35,295 bases of DNA. It comes from Octopus bimaculoides (lineage: Eukaryota). The stretch spans positions 21,888,796 through 21,924,090 of the forward strand of contig NC_068997.1 of the NCBI RefSeq assembly GCF_001194135.2. The letters are read 5' to 3'. The position numbers and the translations under genes were made by a program. Positions 21,854 to 33,099 of this stretch are shown here, one piece after another; the first letter of the stretch is position 1, and each line of letters starts with the position of its first letter. Under the pieces are notes generated by a model, which saw only the letters and a program-made list of their open reading frames with translations, was not told where the DNA came from and did no database searches.

Positions 21854-22159
21854 GGGATCTTTTTTAAAACGGGGGCCACATTTTTCATTAACGAAACACT
21901 TTGAAACTTGGAACACTGGTAGAATGTGTCATATAAAACATCTTTTTCTCTTAGTCTTCTTTAAAAAAAAAAGAAATCCATAAGTTATTCCATGTTAAAG
22001 TTGTCGTATTTCNNNNNNNNNNATAAATTCGAATACAAAAATATTTTTCTGTTCTATAACACAAAATAGATAAGTATACGAAGTTTGAAAGTCTTTCCGT
22101 ACCAAAAACACTACGTAAAACATTAATGAAAAATCTGGCCCCCGTTTTAAAATAGATCC
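21854..22159 (+). mobile_element. TA-flanked MITE with ~38-bp imperfect TIRs (Tc1/mariner-type TSD); spans a 10-N gap
   Basis: Left TA|GGGATCTTTTTTAAAACGGGGGCCACATTTTTCATTAA; right TTAATGAAAAATCTGGCCCCCGTTTTAAAATAGATCC|TA. Confidence 0.8.
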
Positions 22160-22739
22160 TATTTTAGATAACTAAACATAGAAATTACTGAGAAATTAAA
22201 TGGCATAGACTCTTGCTCACATTCTTAATGTGGATTCAGTTTCTGGACCGGGTGGAGTGTTCTGCCCTTGCGCGGGGTTCTTTATTTTACGTTGCTCCAG
22301 TTTACACTCCAGTTTACTCTTTCCTTCTGTCTCTCTGTTTCTCTCACTCAGACACACACACTCTCTCTCTCTCTCTTCCCAATTTTACTGCTCACGGCGC
22401 CAAACTTTATATTCGGTATCAGATCTACTTTGTCAAAGACGTACGGAAGTTTTCTCTTCCATCACGTTTCGTCAATATTTCACCAGCCATCATAAACATT
22501 CAGTGAAGCAGAAAGTTAAAGGATATTTAGTTGTCGATTACTTCAGTAGTTGTGTTCATAAGTTTGTTGTTAACTGGACTAAAAACAACACACCCGCCGG
22601 AAACAAAGGCTCTGATGTTATATGATTCGACGTAGAATCAGCTACACCAAATGGGTGGCGCAAAACAGCTGTGCCAACTTGTCGCATACTCTTCCTGGGA
22701 CTTTCTAGTGCTTCTCAAGTACTGCTGTCATTTCTACCA

Positions 22740-22923
22740 TCTGTCTGTCTGTCTCTCTCTCTTCCCACTCTCTCTCCCCACTCTCTCTCCCCACTCTCTC
22801 TCACTCTCCATTCTCTCTCTCTTCCCACTCTCTCTCTCCCCACTCTCTCTCTCTTCCCACTCTCTCTCTCTCTCTCCCCACTCTCTCTCTCTCTCTCTCT
22901 CTCCCCACTCTCTCTCTCTCTCT
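22740..22923. repeat. (CT)n array periodically interrupted by CCC(C)A, minisatellite-like
   Basis: Repeated CCCACTCTCTC units of variable length. Confidence 0.9.
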
Positions 22924-23153
22924 CGACGACGTAGCACTGTAAGAAAGATGTTTGTACATTCATAGTGTCTCTTTATCCAGAAATGAAAAGTATCCAACTT
23001 CCCATGAAAACACCAATATGGTATTGGAGCCATCCAATAGCGAACCCATGTACAACGCAACACAGAAGAAACATGTCGAAATATTTGCGTACATTTAATT
23101 ATCTGTCTTAACATTCAGCGAGTGTTATTCTCTCCTTTTCTGTTCCCCTTCAC

Positions 23154-23241
<88 letters not shown>

Positions 23242-23829
23242 NNNNNNNNNNNNNNNNNNNNNNNNNNNNNNNNNNNNNNNNNNNNNNNNNNNNNNNNNNN
23301 NNNNNNNNNNNNNNNNNNNNNNNNNNNNNNNNNNNNNNNNNNNNNNNNNNNNNNNNNNNNNNNNNNNNNNNNNNNNNNNNNNNNNNNNNNNNNNNNNNNN
23401 NNNNNNNNNNNNNNNNNNNNNNNNNNNNNNNNNNNNNNNNNNNNNNNNNNNNNNNNNNNNNNNNNNNNNNNNNNNNNNNNNNNNNNNNNNNNNNNNNNNN
23501 NNNNNNNNNNNNNNNNNNNNNNNNNNNNNNNNNNNNNNNNNNNNNNNNNNNNNNNNNNNNNNNNNNNNNNNNNNNNNNNNNNNNNNNNNNNNNNNNNNNN
23601 NNNNNNNNNNNNNNNNNNNNCTAAATGAAAAAGTAAAAAAAGTAAAAAAAAAAGGAAAAACAGCGAAAAAAAAACAATAACCTGATGTTCACTCAACGTA
23701 AACTAGTTTTAATTTTATATATTTTATTTATTCATATTATTCATCATACTTTATTCATTTATTTGTTTATATATTCATATCGTCTGTTTAGATGTTTATG
23801 TATTTTTTTTATCGGAAGACAATGCGAGT

Positions 23830-24270
23830 GTGCATGATTGTATGTGCATCTATGTGTGCGTGTGTATGAGTTAGTTGAGTGTGTTTGTTTGGGTGTGTGT
23901 GCGTGCATGTGGTGTGGAAGACAGCGGGGGAATGCCTACCAGAGGAAAATGAGAGTCAGGAATAAATCACACAGACACATGCATATGTGTGTGTATGTGT
24001 CTGTGTGTATAGTTGTATATTTGTGTGTATGTGTGTGTCCATGTGTATATTTATGTGTAAGTGCATGTTGATGTCTGTGTATATTTGCGTGTATGTATGT
24101 GTCTGTGTGTATATTTGTGTGTATGTGTGTGTGTGTGTGTGCGTGTGTGTGTGTATGTGTGTGAGTTTGTACACACTCGTAAGCTCACACAAGAGCATAT
24201 TTACAGAGAAGCCAGAGAGATAGATAAAAAGAGAAAGAGAGAGTAAAAGCGATCTTGATAGATAAGGAGA

Positions 24271-24347
<77 letters not shown>

Positions 24348-24553
24348 GAAATGAGACACACACACGTGCGTACATATATACATACATACACATACACGTG
24401 CATACATACATACATACATGCATACATATACGTTTGTACACAAACATAAGCACACACATATATTTACAGAAAGAAGACTGAGACATAGAGTCAGACAAAA
24501 ACTAACACACAGACAGAGACAAACACAGATAGGTAGATAGCTAGATAGAGAGA

Positions 24554-24620
<67 letters not shown>
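23830..24620. repeat. Large compound (TG)/(GA)/(CA)/(TA) low-complexity block
   Basis: Direct reading. Confidence 0.88.
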
Positions 24621-24621
<1 letters not shown>

Positions 24622-24879
24622 TTGCACGCAGAATCGCAGTAAACATGGCAGCTATTGTTTCCGAAGTAAAGTGTTGCAGTGCCAATGTTTTGGTCACGAG
24701 ACTATTTAGATAACAGTTATCGTATGATCTAATGAAGCCTCAAGTGACTCTTATAGCTTCCAAATGTAAAAGAGGCCGCTTTAACCGTTATACACAAACT
24801 GGGAACAGCATTTTCATTGCATATAACATCAGTGTGCGTTGAACACACGTCTACGCAATTGCGTGCGCACGGATACTTA

Positions 24880-25380
24880 TAACCACAGACTGACACACAG
24901 AGGCGAGCACACATAAAGAAAGGCACACACACACATACACACACGCACACACACACATGTACATATGCAATGCATATAACGACAGTATTCTCCAAACAAA
25001 TTCGCACACTCACATGCACTATATGCCTTCATATCTCATGGAAATGCGCGTAATCATACACATATGACCACACTACGTGCTAACACATATAGCAAGCATA
25101 TATATACACATATAATAAACTTATGACTCCATACACACACTAGTAACATATACACATATGCACACACAAAACAACAAAACCAATAACAAACACGTAGCAA
25201 ACACACATAACGCTCACACACGCATACGCTCACACACACACACATATATATATACATGCATACACCCACCCGCATGCACACACAAACACACACACACACA
25301 TACACACACATATACACGCGCGCGTGTACATACACTCAGTAAGACGTGTGCTCTACAGCAATGATTCTAATACACGAGCA
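24880..25380. repeat. Degenerate (CA)-rich low-complexity tract
   Basis: Direct reading. Confidence 0.8.
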
Positions 25381-25408
25381 TGCAACGAACGCACACAAAA
25401 CAACTAAA

Positions 25409-25527
25409 CAGTAGCCTGTTAAGAAGTTTGCTTCCAAACCACTTGGTTCCAGGTTCAGTCCCACTGAGTGCCACTTTCGGCAAGCGTCTTCTATCATAAC
25501 CTCAGGCCGACCAAACCCTTGCGACTA
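25409..25527 (+). mobile_element. SINE family B, 5' half, followed by a (GA)-rich tract to about 25655
   Basis: AAGAAGTTTGCTTCCAAACCACTTGGTTCCAGGTTCAGTCCCACTGAGTGCCACTTTCGGCAAGCGTCTTCT..GGCCGACCAAACCCTTG. Confidence 0.88.
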
Positions 25528-25888
25528 GAGAGAGAGGGAGAGAGAGAGATAAAGAGAGGGAGAGAGAGAGGGAGAGAGAGAGATAAAGAGAGGGAGAGAG
25601 AGAGGGAGAGAGAGAGATAAAGAGAGCGGTAGAGAGAGAGTGAGGGAGTGAGAGGGCACGCTCGGATGAACACAACACAAACAAACACTGTACAACAGCA
25701 CATCACACAAAAACAACACCTATACAATACGATGTACTTACTCAAACGCAGCATAGGCACAACAACAGCACATTCGCAACTCATAATGTATATACGCAAA
25801 CACAACAATATGTATGCGCAAACACACAACAATATGTATGCGCAAACACAAAAAATACACAACACAACAGAACACAGCACAACACACA

Positions 25889-25919
<31 letters not shown>

Positions 25920-25937
25920 CACACGCACACACATATA

Positions 25938-26099
25938 TATCTGTAAAAATATGTGACACTTATTCGGTAGCCATGATAAAACTCCGAGTTTCATATGCCG
26001 GGGTGGGAACCCACGCCATTCCTATGAAAAATGACCCGGTATCCGAAACTCGGAGTTTTATCATGGCTACCGAATAAGTGTCACATATTTTTACAGATA
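25938..26099. mobile_element. 162-bp palindromic element with perfect 55-bp inverted arms and 52-bp spacer; probable young MITE/foldback element
   Basis: 25938-25992 TATCTGTAAAAATATGTGACACTTATTCGGTAGCCATGATAAAACTCCGAGTTTC is the exact reverse complement of 26045-26099; TA at both ends. The structure is certain, the class is not. Confidence 0.75.
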
Positions 26100-27613
26100 A
26101 ATTCCTCTATTTACATAATATCGAGGTCTCTTTCTTTCTTTTGTTGTACTTTCTATGAATATATATATATATATATATATANNNNNNNNNNNNNNNNNNN
26201 NNNNNNNNNNNNNNNNNNNNNNNNNNNNNNNNNNNNNNNNNNNNNNNNNNNNNNNNNNNNNNNNNNNNNNNNNNNNNNNNNNNNNNNNNNNNNNNNNNNN
26301 NNNNNNNNNNNNNNNNNNNNNNNNNNNNNNNNNNNNNNNNNNNNNNNNNNNNNNNNNNNNNNNNNNNNNNNNNNNNNNNNNNNNNNNNNNNNNNNNNNNN
26401 NNNNNNNNNNNNNNNNNNNNNNNNNNNNNNNNNNNNNNNNNNNNNNNNNNNNNNNNNNNNNNNNNNNNNNNNNNNNNNNNNNNNNNNNNNNNNNNNNNNN
26501 NNNNNNNNNNNNNNNNNNNNNNNNNNNNNNNNNNNNNNNNNNNNNNNNNNNNNNNNNNNNNNNNNNNNNNNNNNNNNNNNNNNNNNNNNNNNNNNNNNNN
26601 NNNNNNNNNNNNNNNNNNNNNNNNNNNNNNNNNNNNNNNNNNNNNNNNNNNNNNNNNNNNNNNNNNNNNNNNNNNNNNNNNNNNNNNNNNNNNNNNNNNN
26701 NNNNNNNNNNNNNNNNNNNNNNNNNNNNNNNNNNNNNNNNNNNNNNNNNNNNNNNNNNNNNNNNNNNNNNNNNNNNNNNNNNNNNNNNNNNNNNNNNNNN
26801 NNNNNNNNNNNNNNNNNNNNNNNNNNNNNNNNNNNNNNNNNNNNNNNNNNNNNNNNNNNNNNNNNNNNNNNNNNNNNNNNNNNNNNNNNNNNNNNNNNNN
26901 NNNNNNNNNNNNNNNNNNNNNNNNNNNNNNNNNNNNNNNNNNNNNNNNNNNNNNNNNNNNNNNNNNNNNNNNNNNNNNNNNNNNNNNNNNNNNNNNNNNN
27001 NNNNNNNNNNNNNNNNNNNNNNNNNNNNNNNNNNNNNNNNNNNNNNNNNNNNNNNNNNNNNNNNNNNNNNNNNNNNNNNNNNNNNNNNNNNNNNNNNNNN
27101 NNNNNNNNNNNNNNNNNNNNNNNNNNNNNNNNNNNNNNNNTATATATATATATATATATATAAATAATGCGTACTAACAGGATACAAACTGTGCATAAAC
27201 AGTACAAGAAGCACTTATACACGATGCACAGAAACATATCGCATACTGACAGAACATCCGCATACACGATATAAGACAAACAAACATAACGTATACGAAC
27301 TCAGTTTAGCATGTACATACACTTCATATGCACAAACTAACGCAATACAAGAAACATACGTAGACAAACACAAAACAATTATAACAAATATAAGATAAAG
27401 GTAGAATGTGAATAAATGTGCCACGCGGAATATCTATGACAGACACGGTATCTATCATTGTTAAATACAAAATAGAATAATTATATAATGAGACCGGGAA
27501 GGAGTGTTGAAGGAGGGCCGGTGTCGGGAGCGGGTGGCTGGGGACGGTGGAGTTGTTACATACATTGGTAGATGGAGTTGAATGGGGAATGATTTAATAA
27601 AGATGGCGATGAT

Positions 27614-27940
27614 GTGGATAAGAATGGTCATGTCGATGATGATGATGGTGATGATGATGATGATGATGATTATGACGACGACGAAGCGCTGATGTTAAGT
27701 GTCATCGTCATCATTATCCTCAATGATAACGATGAAGAGGAGAGGAGAAAAAAGATAACGTGGAGGTGGTGGATTATGATGATAATTATGCGGTTGGTGG
27801 TAATTAAGGATGTTGATGATAATGATAACAATGGTAGCAAGTTACTGCTTCTGCTGATGGTGATGGTGATGGTGATGATGATGACAAAAACGACGGTGAG
27901 GATGAAGAGCCCAATAACGATAAAGGTGACGATGTCATAA
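27614..27940. repeat. Degenerate (GAT)/(GGT)-rich trinucleotide low-complexity region
   Basis: Direct reading; source of the poly-D ORF. Confidence 0.85.
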
Positions 27941-28064
27941 AGGGAGAAAATTTAAAGGAGACACAATAACTGCCAAACTCCGTTAAATGTGTTTTGCTAT
28001 ATTAATCTTTTTCTGTTATAAACGAAGCAATATTTTGTAATTACGATTTAGATTACAAGGAGAG

Positions 28065-28467
28065 GATTATTTTCTTCTCTACTCTAGGCACAAGACCCGA
28101 AATTTTTAGGGAGTTGGGACCAGTTCATTAGATCGACCCTAGTACGCAACTGCTACTTAATTTATCGACCCCCGAAAGAATGTGAGACAAAGTCGACCTC
28201 AGCGGAATTTGAACTCAGAACGTAAAAACAGACGAAATACCGCTGAGCATTTCGCCCGGCAAGCTAACGTTTCTTATTTCTTTACTGCTCACAAGCGGCT
28301 ACACACAGAGGGGACAAACAAAGACAGACAAACGGATTAAGTCAATTATATCGATCCCAGTGCGCAACTGGTACTTATTTAATCGACCCCAAAAGGATGA
28401 AAGGCAAAGTCAACCTCGGCGGAATTTGAACTCAGAACGTAACGGCAGACGAAATACCGCTAAGCAT
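28065..28467 (-). mobile_element. Head-to-tail dimeric SINE family A element
   Basis: Two family A bodies (28467-28272 and 28271-28065) joined by the linker TTTGTCTGTCTTTGTTTGTCCCCTCTGTGTGTAGCCGCTTGTGAGCAGTAAAGAAATAAGAAACGTTAGC on the minus strand. Confidence 0.88.
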
Positions 28468-30244
28468 GAAGAAAAGGGAATGGTTTTCAACTAGAATGCT
28501 GTTAAGCAAAGTTTTGACCGATAAAGGATGAAATGAAGTTGGACCATCACCAACACAACAATAATAACAACAACTAATTCTTCTACGATTTATACTACTT
28601 GAACAACAGGCAAATACATCCATAGGATTTCCGCCCGTCCATGGACAACACAGGTTCATGCATCGACTAGAATCTCTTTCAGTCGCTCCGGTGATGCCTT
28701 GCCTTACTGAAAATCCTTTTTATGAGACGTCATTTTCCTCCTTACACATACTTGGGCGAAGTTTTCAAGCAAGAAAACGCACACTCCTGTGACACACTTG
28801 TGCTTACGCAAAGATCAGATCTTAGCCACAAGACCGAAACAATGCTAAGAAATATTTTATCCAACCTTTTGTGTTCTCTTATATTGCAACTTTGAGAACA
28901 TTAACCAAATACTCTTCCCTTGAATGCCGATATGGCTTATAAGAATTCCCTGTTTTGCTTACTATCATTGCTGCCTTTCTTGTTGTTTAACATAAGGCCA
29001 GCTTTGACCAAGCAGACATACGACTAATTCACCTATTTATGTTACCTAAAACTATATTATATAACGTGATGATTTTTCAAAGATGGTGAGATGAAATTTG
29101 AGGGAAAATTGGTTACTTTTATTATCAAGTCAATCGACCACGAATATATCACATACTCCGATTACCAATGTTGCTATCATTGTTGCTGTTATTATTATTT
29201 CTGTAACTGAAAACAAGTGACTACCACCCATTCACACCCCGAGTATAATCTCCCATGACCAGCAAGCAAAATAGCAGTTGCTGTGATTAACAGAAGACCT
29301 ATTGCTACATACGAGAAAGACAATCAAAGCGTGGATGTGTAAATCCAACAAGTACTTCAGGTGGGTTACATCCCATATACATAGGTTACCAGAACAGGTG
29401 AAGAAATTCAGATATATGTGTGACAAGTGCAAAGACGTAAAACACATTACCAGGAGGTTTTCTGTTTGATAGCTTTCAGTAAATGTCTTCATGAGCGCAC
29501 TTAGATTTTCTTCGAAACTTATCACCTTTGACTATCTCATAGATTGCTTGTTGTACCTTCGTCCGAAAGCGTTTTGACACGACAGTTGCTAGTTTATGAT
29601 GAGTCTTTTCTTTTCGAGAACAGTTTTGATTCACCTAGGGTGTTGGTCTATATATATATATATATATATATATATNNNNNNNNNNNNNNNNNNNNNNNNN
29701 NNNNNNNNNNNNNNNNNNNNNNNNNNNNNNNNNNNNNNNNNNNNNNNNNNNNNNNNNNNNNNNNNNNNNNNNNNNNNNNNNNNNNNNNNNNNNNNNNNNN
29801 NNNNNNNNNNNNNNNNNNNNNNNNNNNNNNNNNNNNNNNNNNNNNNNNNNNNNNNNNNNNNNNNAAATAGAATTTTGTCCTTCCATAAATATTTACATGA
29901 AGCGCAAGACTCGAGAAACTCCGAGAATATATACATATATATATATAGTGAGAGAGAGAGATCAAAAAAGCAACACGGATTTTAAAGGTTATTGCAGTAC
30001 GCACGTTTCATGCTACTCCATTTATTTAAGTAATGCGAGCATTACATTAAATGCAAAATGCAGAGCAATCTTCAGCTGCACAAGCATCTAAAAAATTACA
30101 GCAGAATGGACATATTACTATTGTGGCAACATTTAAAATCTAAGTGGGAAGAAGAATACATAAAAATCCATCTTGACATAGCCAAGGCTATCAGGCTGAC
30201 TTAACTCGGAACCATGTGGTGGCATATCCACTTCTTCCGATCAG

Positions 30245-30388
30245 TTTTCAAATTCAGCCGAGATCGACTTGTCTTTCATTCCTTCGCGATCGATAAAATA
30301 AGTACCAAATGAATATTGGGATCGATGTAATCGATTTACCCTTCCCTGCGAACTTACTGACCTTGTGCCAAGATTTGAAATCATTATG
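30245..30388 (+). mobile_element. SINE family A, from B box to tail
   Basis: TTTCAAATTCAGCCGAGATCGACTTG..GATAAAATAAGTACC..GATCGATGTAATCGATT..GACCTTGTGCCAAGATTTGAAATCATTAT. Confidence 0.88.
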
Positions 30389-30534
30389 AGTATTTGTTGA
30401 ATGCCCATACTATCTTTTATATTGATATTACACCCTAGACTTTTTTTCCAAATACGGCATCTGATGTCTTCAGGGTTCTCCTATGTGACAGTCCTCCATT
30501 GAAATGACTAGCCTTGTGTCAAAATTAGAAACCA

Positions 30535-30660
30535 GCTTGTAATCCAAACAGCATTTAAAATAACGGCAAAAGCATTCTATTAATTTCTTCGTTATTCTCT
30601 AAATTAACCGAAACAGAAACAGTGCATTTCATACTAAATATTTGCTAACGAAAGGGTTAA
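30535..30660 (-). mobile_element. Possible piggyBac-like MITE terminus
   Basis: Ends AACGAAAGGG|TTAA (minus strand TTAA|CCCTTTCGTT); resembles an Octopus repeat from memory. No second TIR found. Confidence 0.4.
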
Positions 30661-30990
30661 AATGTGACACGAGAAGAAAGCTAGTTGTTATTTCTAGTAG
30701 GTCGTGTGACCACGTACAGATGATACCCATTTGATGCTGTTGATGACATGAAAAATATATGAGTTTTTTTCAAGTTACCATTTCCTCTTCTCACTCAGTT
30801 CAAAGAGCTCTTGAAATTATCTCCATGGACAATAAATATTGGAATTTCTCTTCTATTCCCCTTTCATCTCATTCCCCTTTACTCCAAATATTTCAATCCT
30901 TACTTCTTCAACTTTTATCCTTTCTTTTTTTATTCTTTTATCTTTCTTTTCTTCCCCTCCTTTATTTCCTTCTTCTATGCTACTACCACG

Positions 30991-31051
<61 letters not shown>
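30991..31051. repeat. (TTTC)n microsatellite within a T-rich tract
   Basis: Direct reading. Confidence 0.96.
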
Positions 31052-31053
<2 letters not shown>

Positions 31054-31198
31054 AGCCTTCGTCTTTTTCCAAATATTTTCATCTTAGTTTCTTCTTCAAA
31101 CTCTTTCGTTTTCTTCTTGAATTCTTCAGAATATTACTCTACCAATCCTCCTTCCTTCTTTCCTTCCTTTCTTTTTTCCTCCTTTCTTTTTCTTTCTG

Positions 31199-31229
<31 letters not shown>

Positions 31230-31719
31230 ATTTTATTTGTTTGCGCGTTTGTTTCTTTCTCTCATACACACACACGTTTCTCTTTCTCATTTCAGCATGA
31301 ATGCATTCTTACACACATATACACACATTCATACATATAGCGCACGCACACGCACGCACGTGTGTATGTGTGTGAGCGTATGAATGTATATACATAGAAG
31401 TACACACACACACAGACACACACAAACAAATACATTCATTAATAAAACACACACACGTGCACATACACACACATACATACACACACATACACACACACAG
31501 ACACTCACATACGCACACATACACTGAATCGTAGGTGGAATGCTTTTAATCATAGATTTGCTCAACCAGAGCTGAACAAGGTCTAAACAACAACAAAAAC
31601 AACAGCTACAGCAACAACAAAACCAAAACACCATGACCACCACCACTACCACCACCACCACGACAACATCAACAATAAGTACAGCTACAACGAGGACCTC
31701 AGCAACAACAACAAACTTA

Positions 31720-31790
31720 CTTCACTGGCATATATTTCATCGACCCGGAAGGAATGAAAGACAAAGATGACCCTAGCTGAATTTGAACCT
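31720..31790 (-). mobile_element. SINE family A, central fragment
   Basis: TTTCATCGACCCGGAAGGAATGAAAGACAAAGATGACCCTAGCTGAATTTGAAC. Confidence 0.75.
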
Positions 31791-31910
31791 GTGGTTTTGG
31801 GGTACACAGGATAATATGTAATATTTATTAGGTATGACAAGATGATACTATTGCGAATGTGAATAAGACAACGAGGAAATAGCAGCCATTTCTCCTTGAG
31901 AGCCACACAC

Positions 31911-32048
31911 AAGACTTTTGCCAATAGAGAGAGAGAGAGAGAGAGAGCTGGTTTGTAACCTTGATACAAAGCGCCTTCACTGGAAATTCAACATCATCAA
32001 CAGGATATTTGTATGTATGTATGTATGTATGTATGTATGTATGTATGC
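31911..32048 (+). repeat. Interspersed repeat family D, second copy
   Basis: GCCAATAGA(GA)nGCTGGTTTGTAACCT..CCTTCACTGGAAATTCAACATCATCAACAGGAT..(TATG)n. Confidence 0.75.
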
Positions 32049-32407
32049 ATGTATATGTGCAGATTTGTATGTTTTGCTTTATGAATTTATTCTCATGCAC
32101 ATGGTTGCATGTCTAGATTTGCTCATATATACTTAAACAATCAATTTTGCAAAGTTTTACAGATTTTTACAGTTACAGTGATGACTTAGATCTGTAGTCT
32201 TCCAATCCCTTTCTGGATTTCAGAAGAATAATTTCTCAAGATTGATATTTAGACAATGTGTTACGTATCCCAGTGTGTTACGTATAATTACAGGTATAAA
32301 CCTGAACCTGAAATCTGGATGGTATATCTGCAAATTCTGCAATAGTTCAGCGTATGTATGTATGTATGTATGTATGTATGTATGTATGTATGTATGTATG
32401 TATATAT

Positions 32408-32760
32408 GTGCACACCTTTGAATGCAGTATATGCCAGAAGGTTTGCAAATCCAACGGAGGCCTCAAAAGACATTTTAAGATCCACAAAGAGCAGAACTTA
32501 TCTGCAGCTCTTGGAGGTACAAATCGGAGGTGTAATCTATGTGGGTGTCTTTTCAGAACATTGTCTGGTTTTTAAAAAAAACATATCAGATGCCATGATA
32601 GTGCTAAGGTGTAGATACAGGAGGTGGTCAAATTTTGCTTAAGTAGACAACAGCTATGTATGTAGGTATGCATGCATATATGATCATGTGTGTATGTATG
32701 TATGTATGTATGTATGTATGTATGTATTACGTATGTATGTATCTATGTATGTATGCAAGT
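32408..32760 (+). mobile_element. 5'-truncated LINE (RTE-like) 3' end: two C2H2 zinc-finger motifs, stop, short UTR and (TATG)n tail
   Basis: FECSICQKVCKSNGGLKRHFKIH (C-x2-C-x12-H-x3-H) and CNLCGCLFRTLSGF*KKHIRCHDSAKV*, stop at 32612-32614. About 40 nt of UTR follow, then TATG repeats; no TGEKP linker. Confidence 0.65.
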
Positions 32761-33099
32761 GTGATTGTATTTGTTTGCTTGTTCTTTTGTTTTGTTTTCG
32801 AAGGCCTTTTGCAGAGTACCCGAACAAACTCATTCTGGATCTTTTTTATTAATCAAAGATCTCAATATTCTGCAGAAGTCTGTACCTATAAAGAAATTCT
32901 CAGAGTGAATGATCATGACACTGCAACAATTAATTACTGGCACTAATGCATTACACGATTCCCCAAACGACTTCTGTCAATCACTTTTATTCATGTAACT
33001 CGTAAGCACGAAAAAAAAAAAAGAAATGAAAAGAACGACCCAAATTACCGCGCTTTGAGATCGAACCCTGGAAATCGGCGATATTGAAGCCAATTCTTA

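Noticed and set aside
24641-24713. AAACATGGC start giving MAAIVSEVKCC...
   Set aside because: Only 22 codons, a weak donor, and no upstream promoter evidence (microsatellite flank).
25786-25856. Three ~24-bp units ATGTATGCGCAAACAC(AC)AACAAT
   Set aside because: Ordinary minisatellite within a CA-rich low-complexity tract.
29340-29600. Faint resemblance of a stop-riddled plus frame to reverse-transcriptase motifs
   Set aside because: No intact QG, YxDD or other diagnostic motif; the similarity is too weak to support.
32423-32614. Functional C2H2 zinc-finger gene
   Set aside because: In-frame stop in finger 2, no credible start or splice acceptor, no TGEKP linker, and a repeat tail directly downstream.
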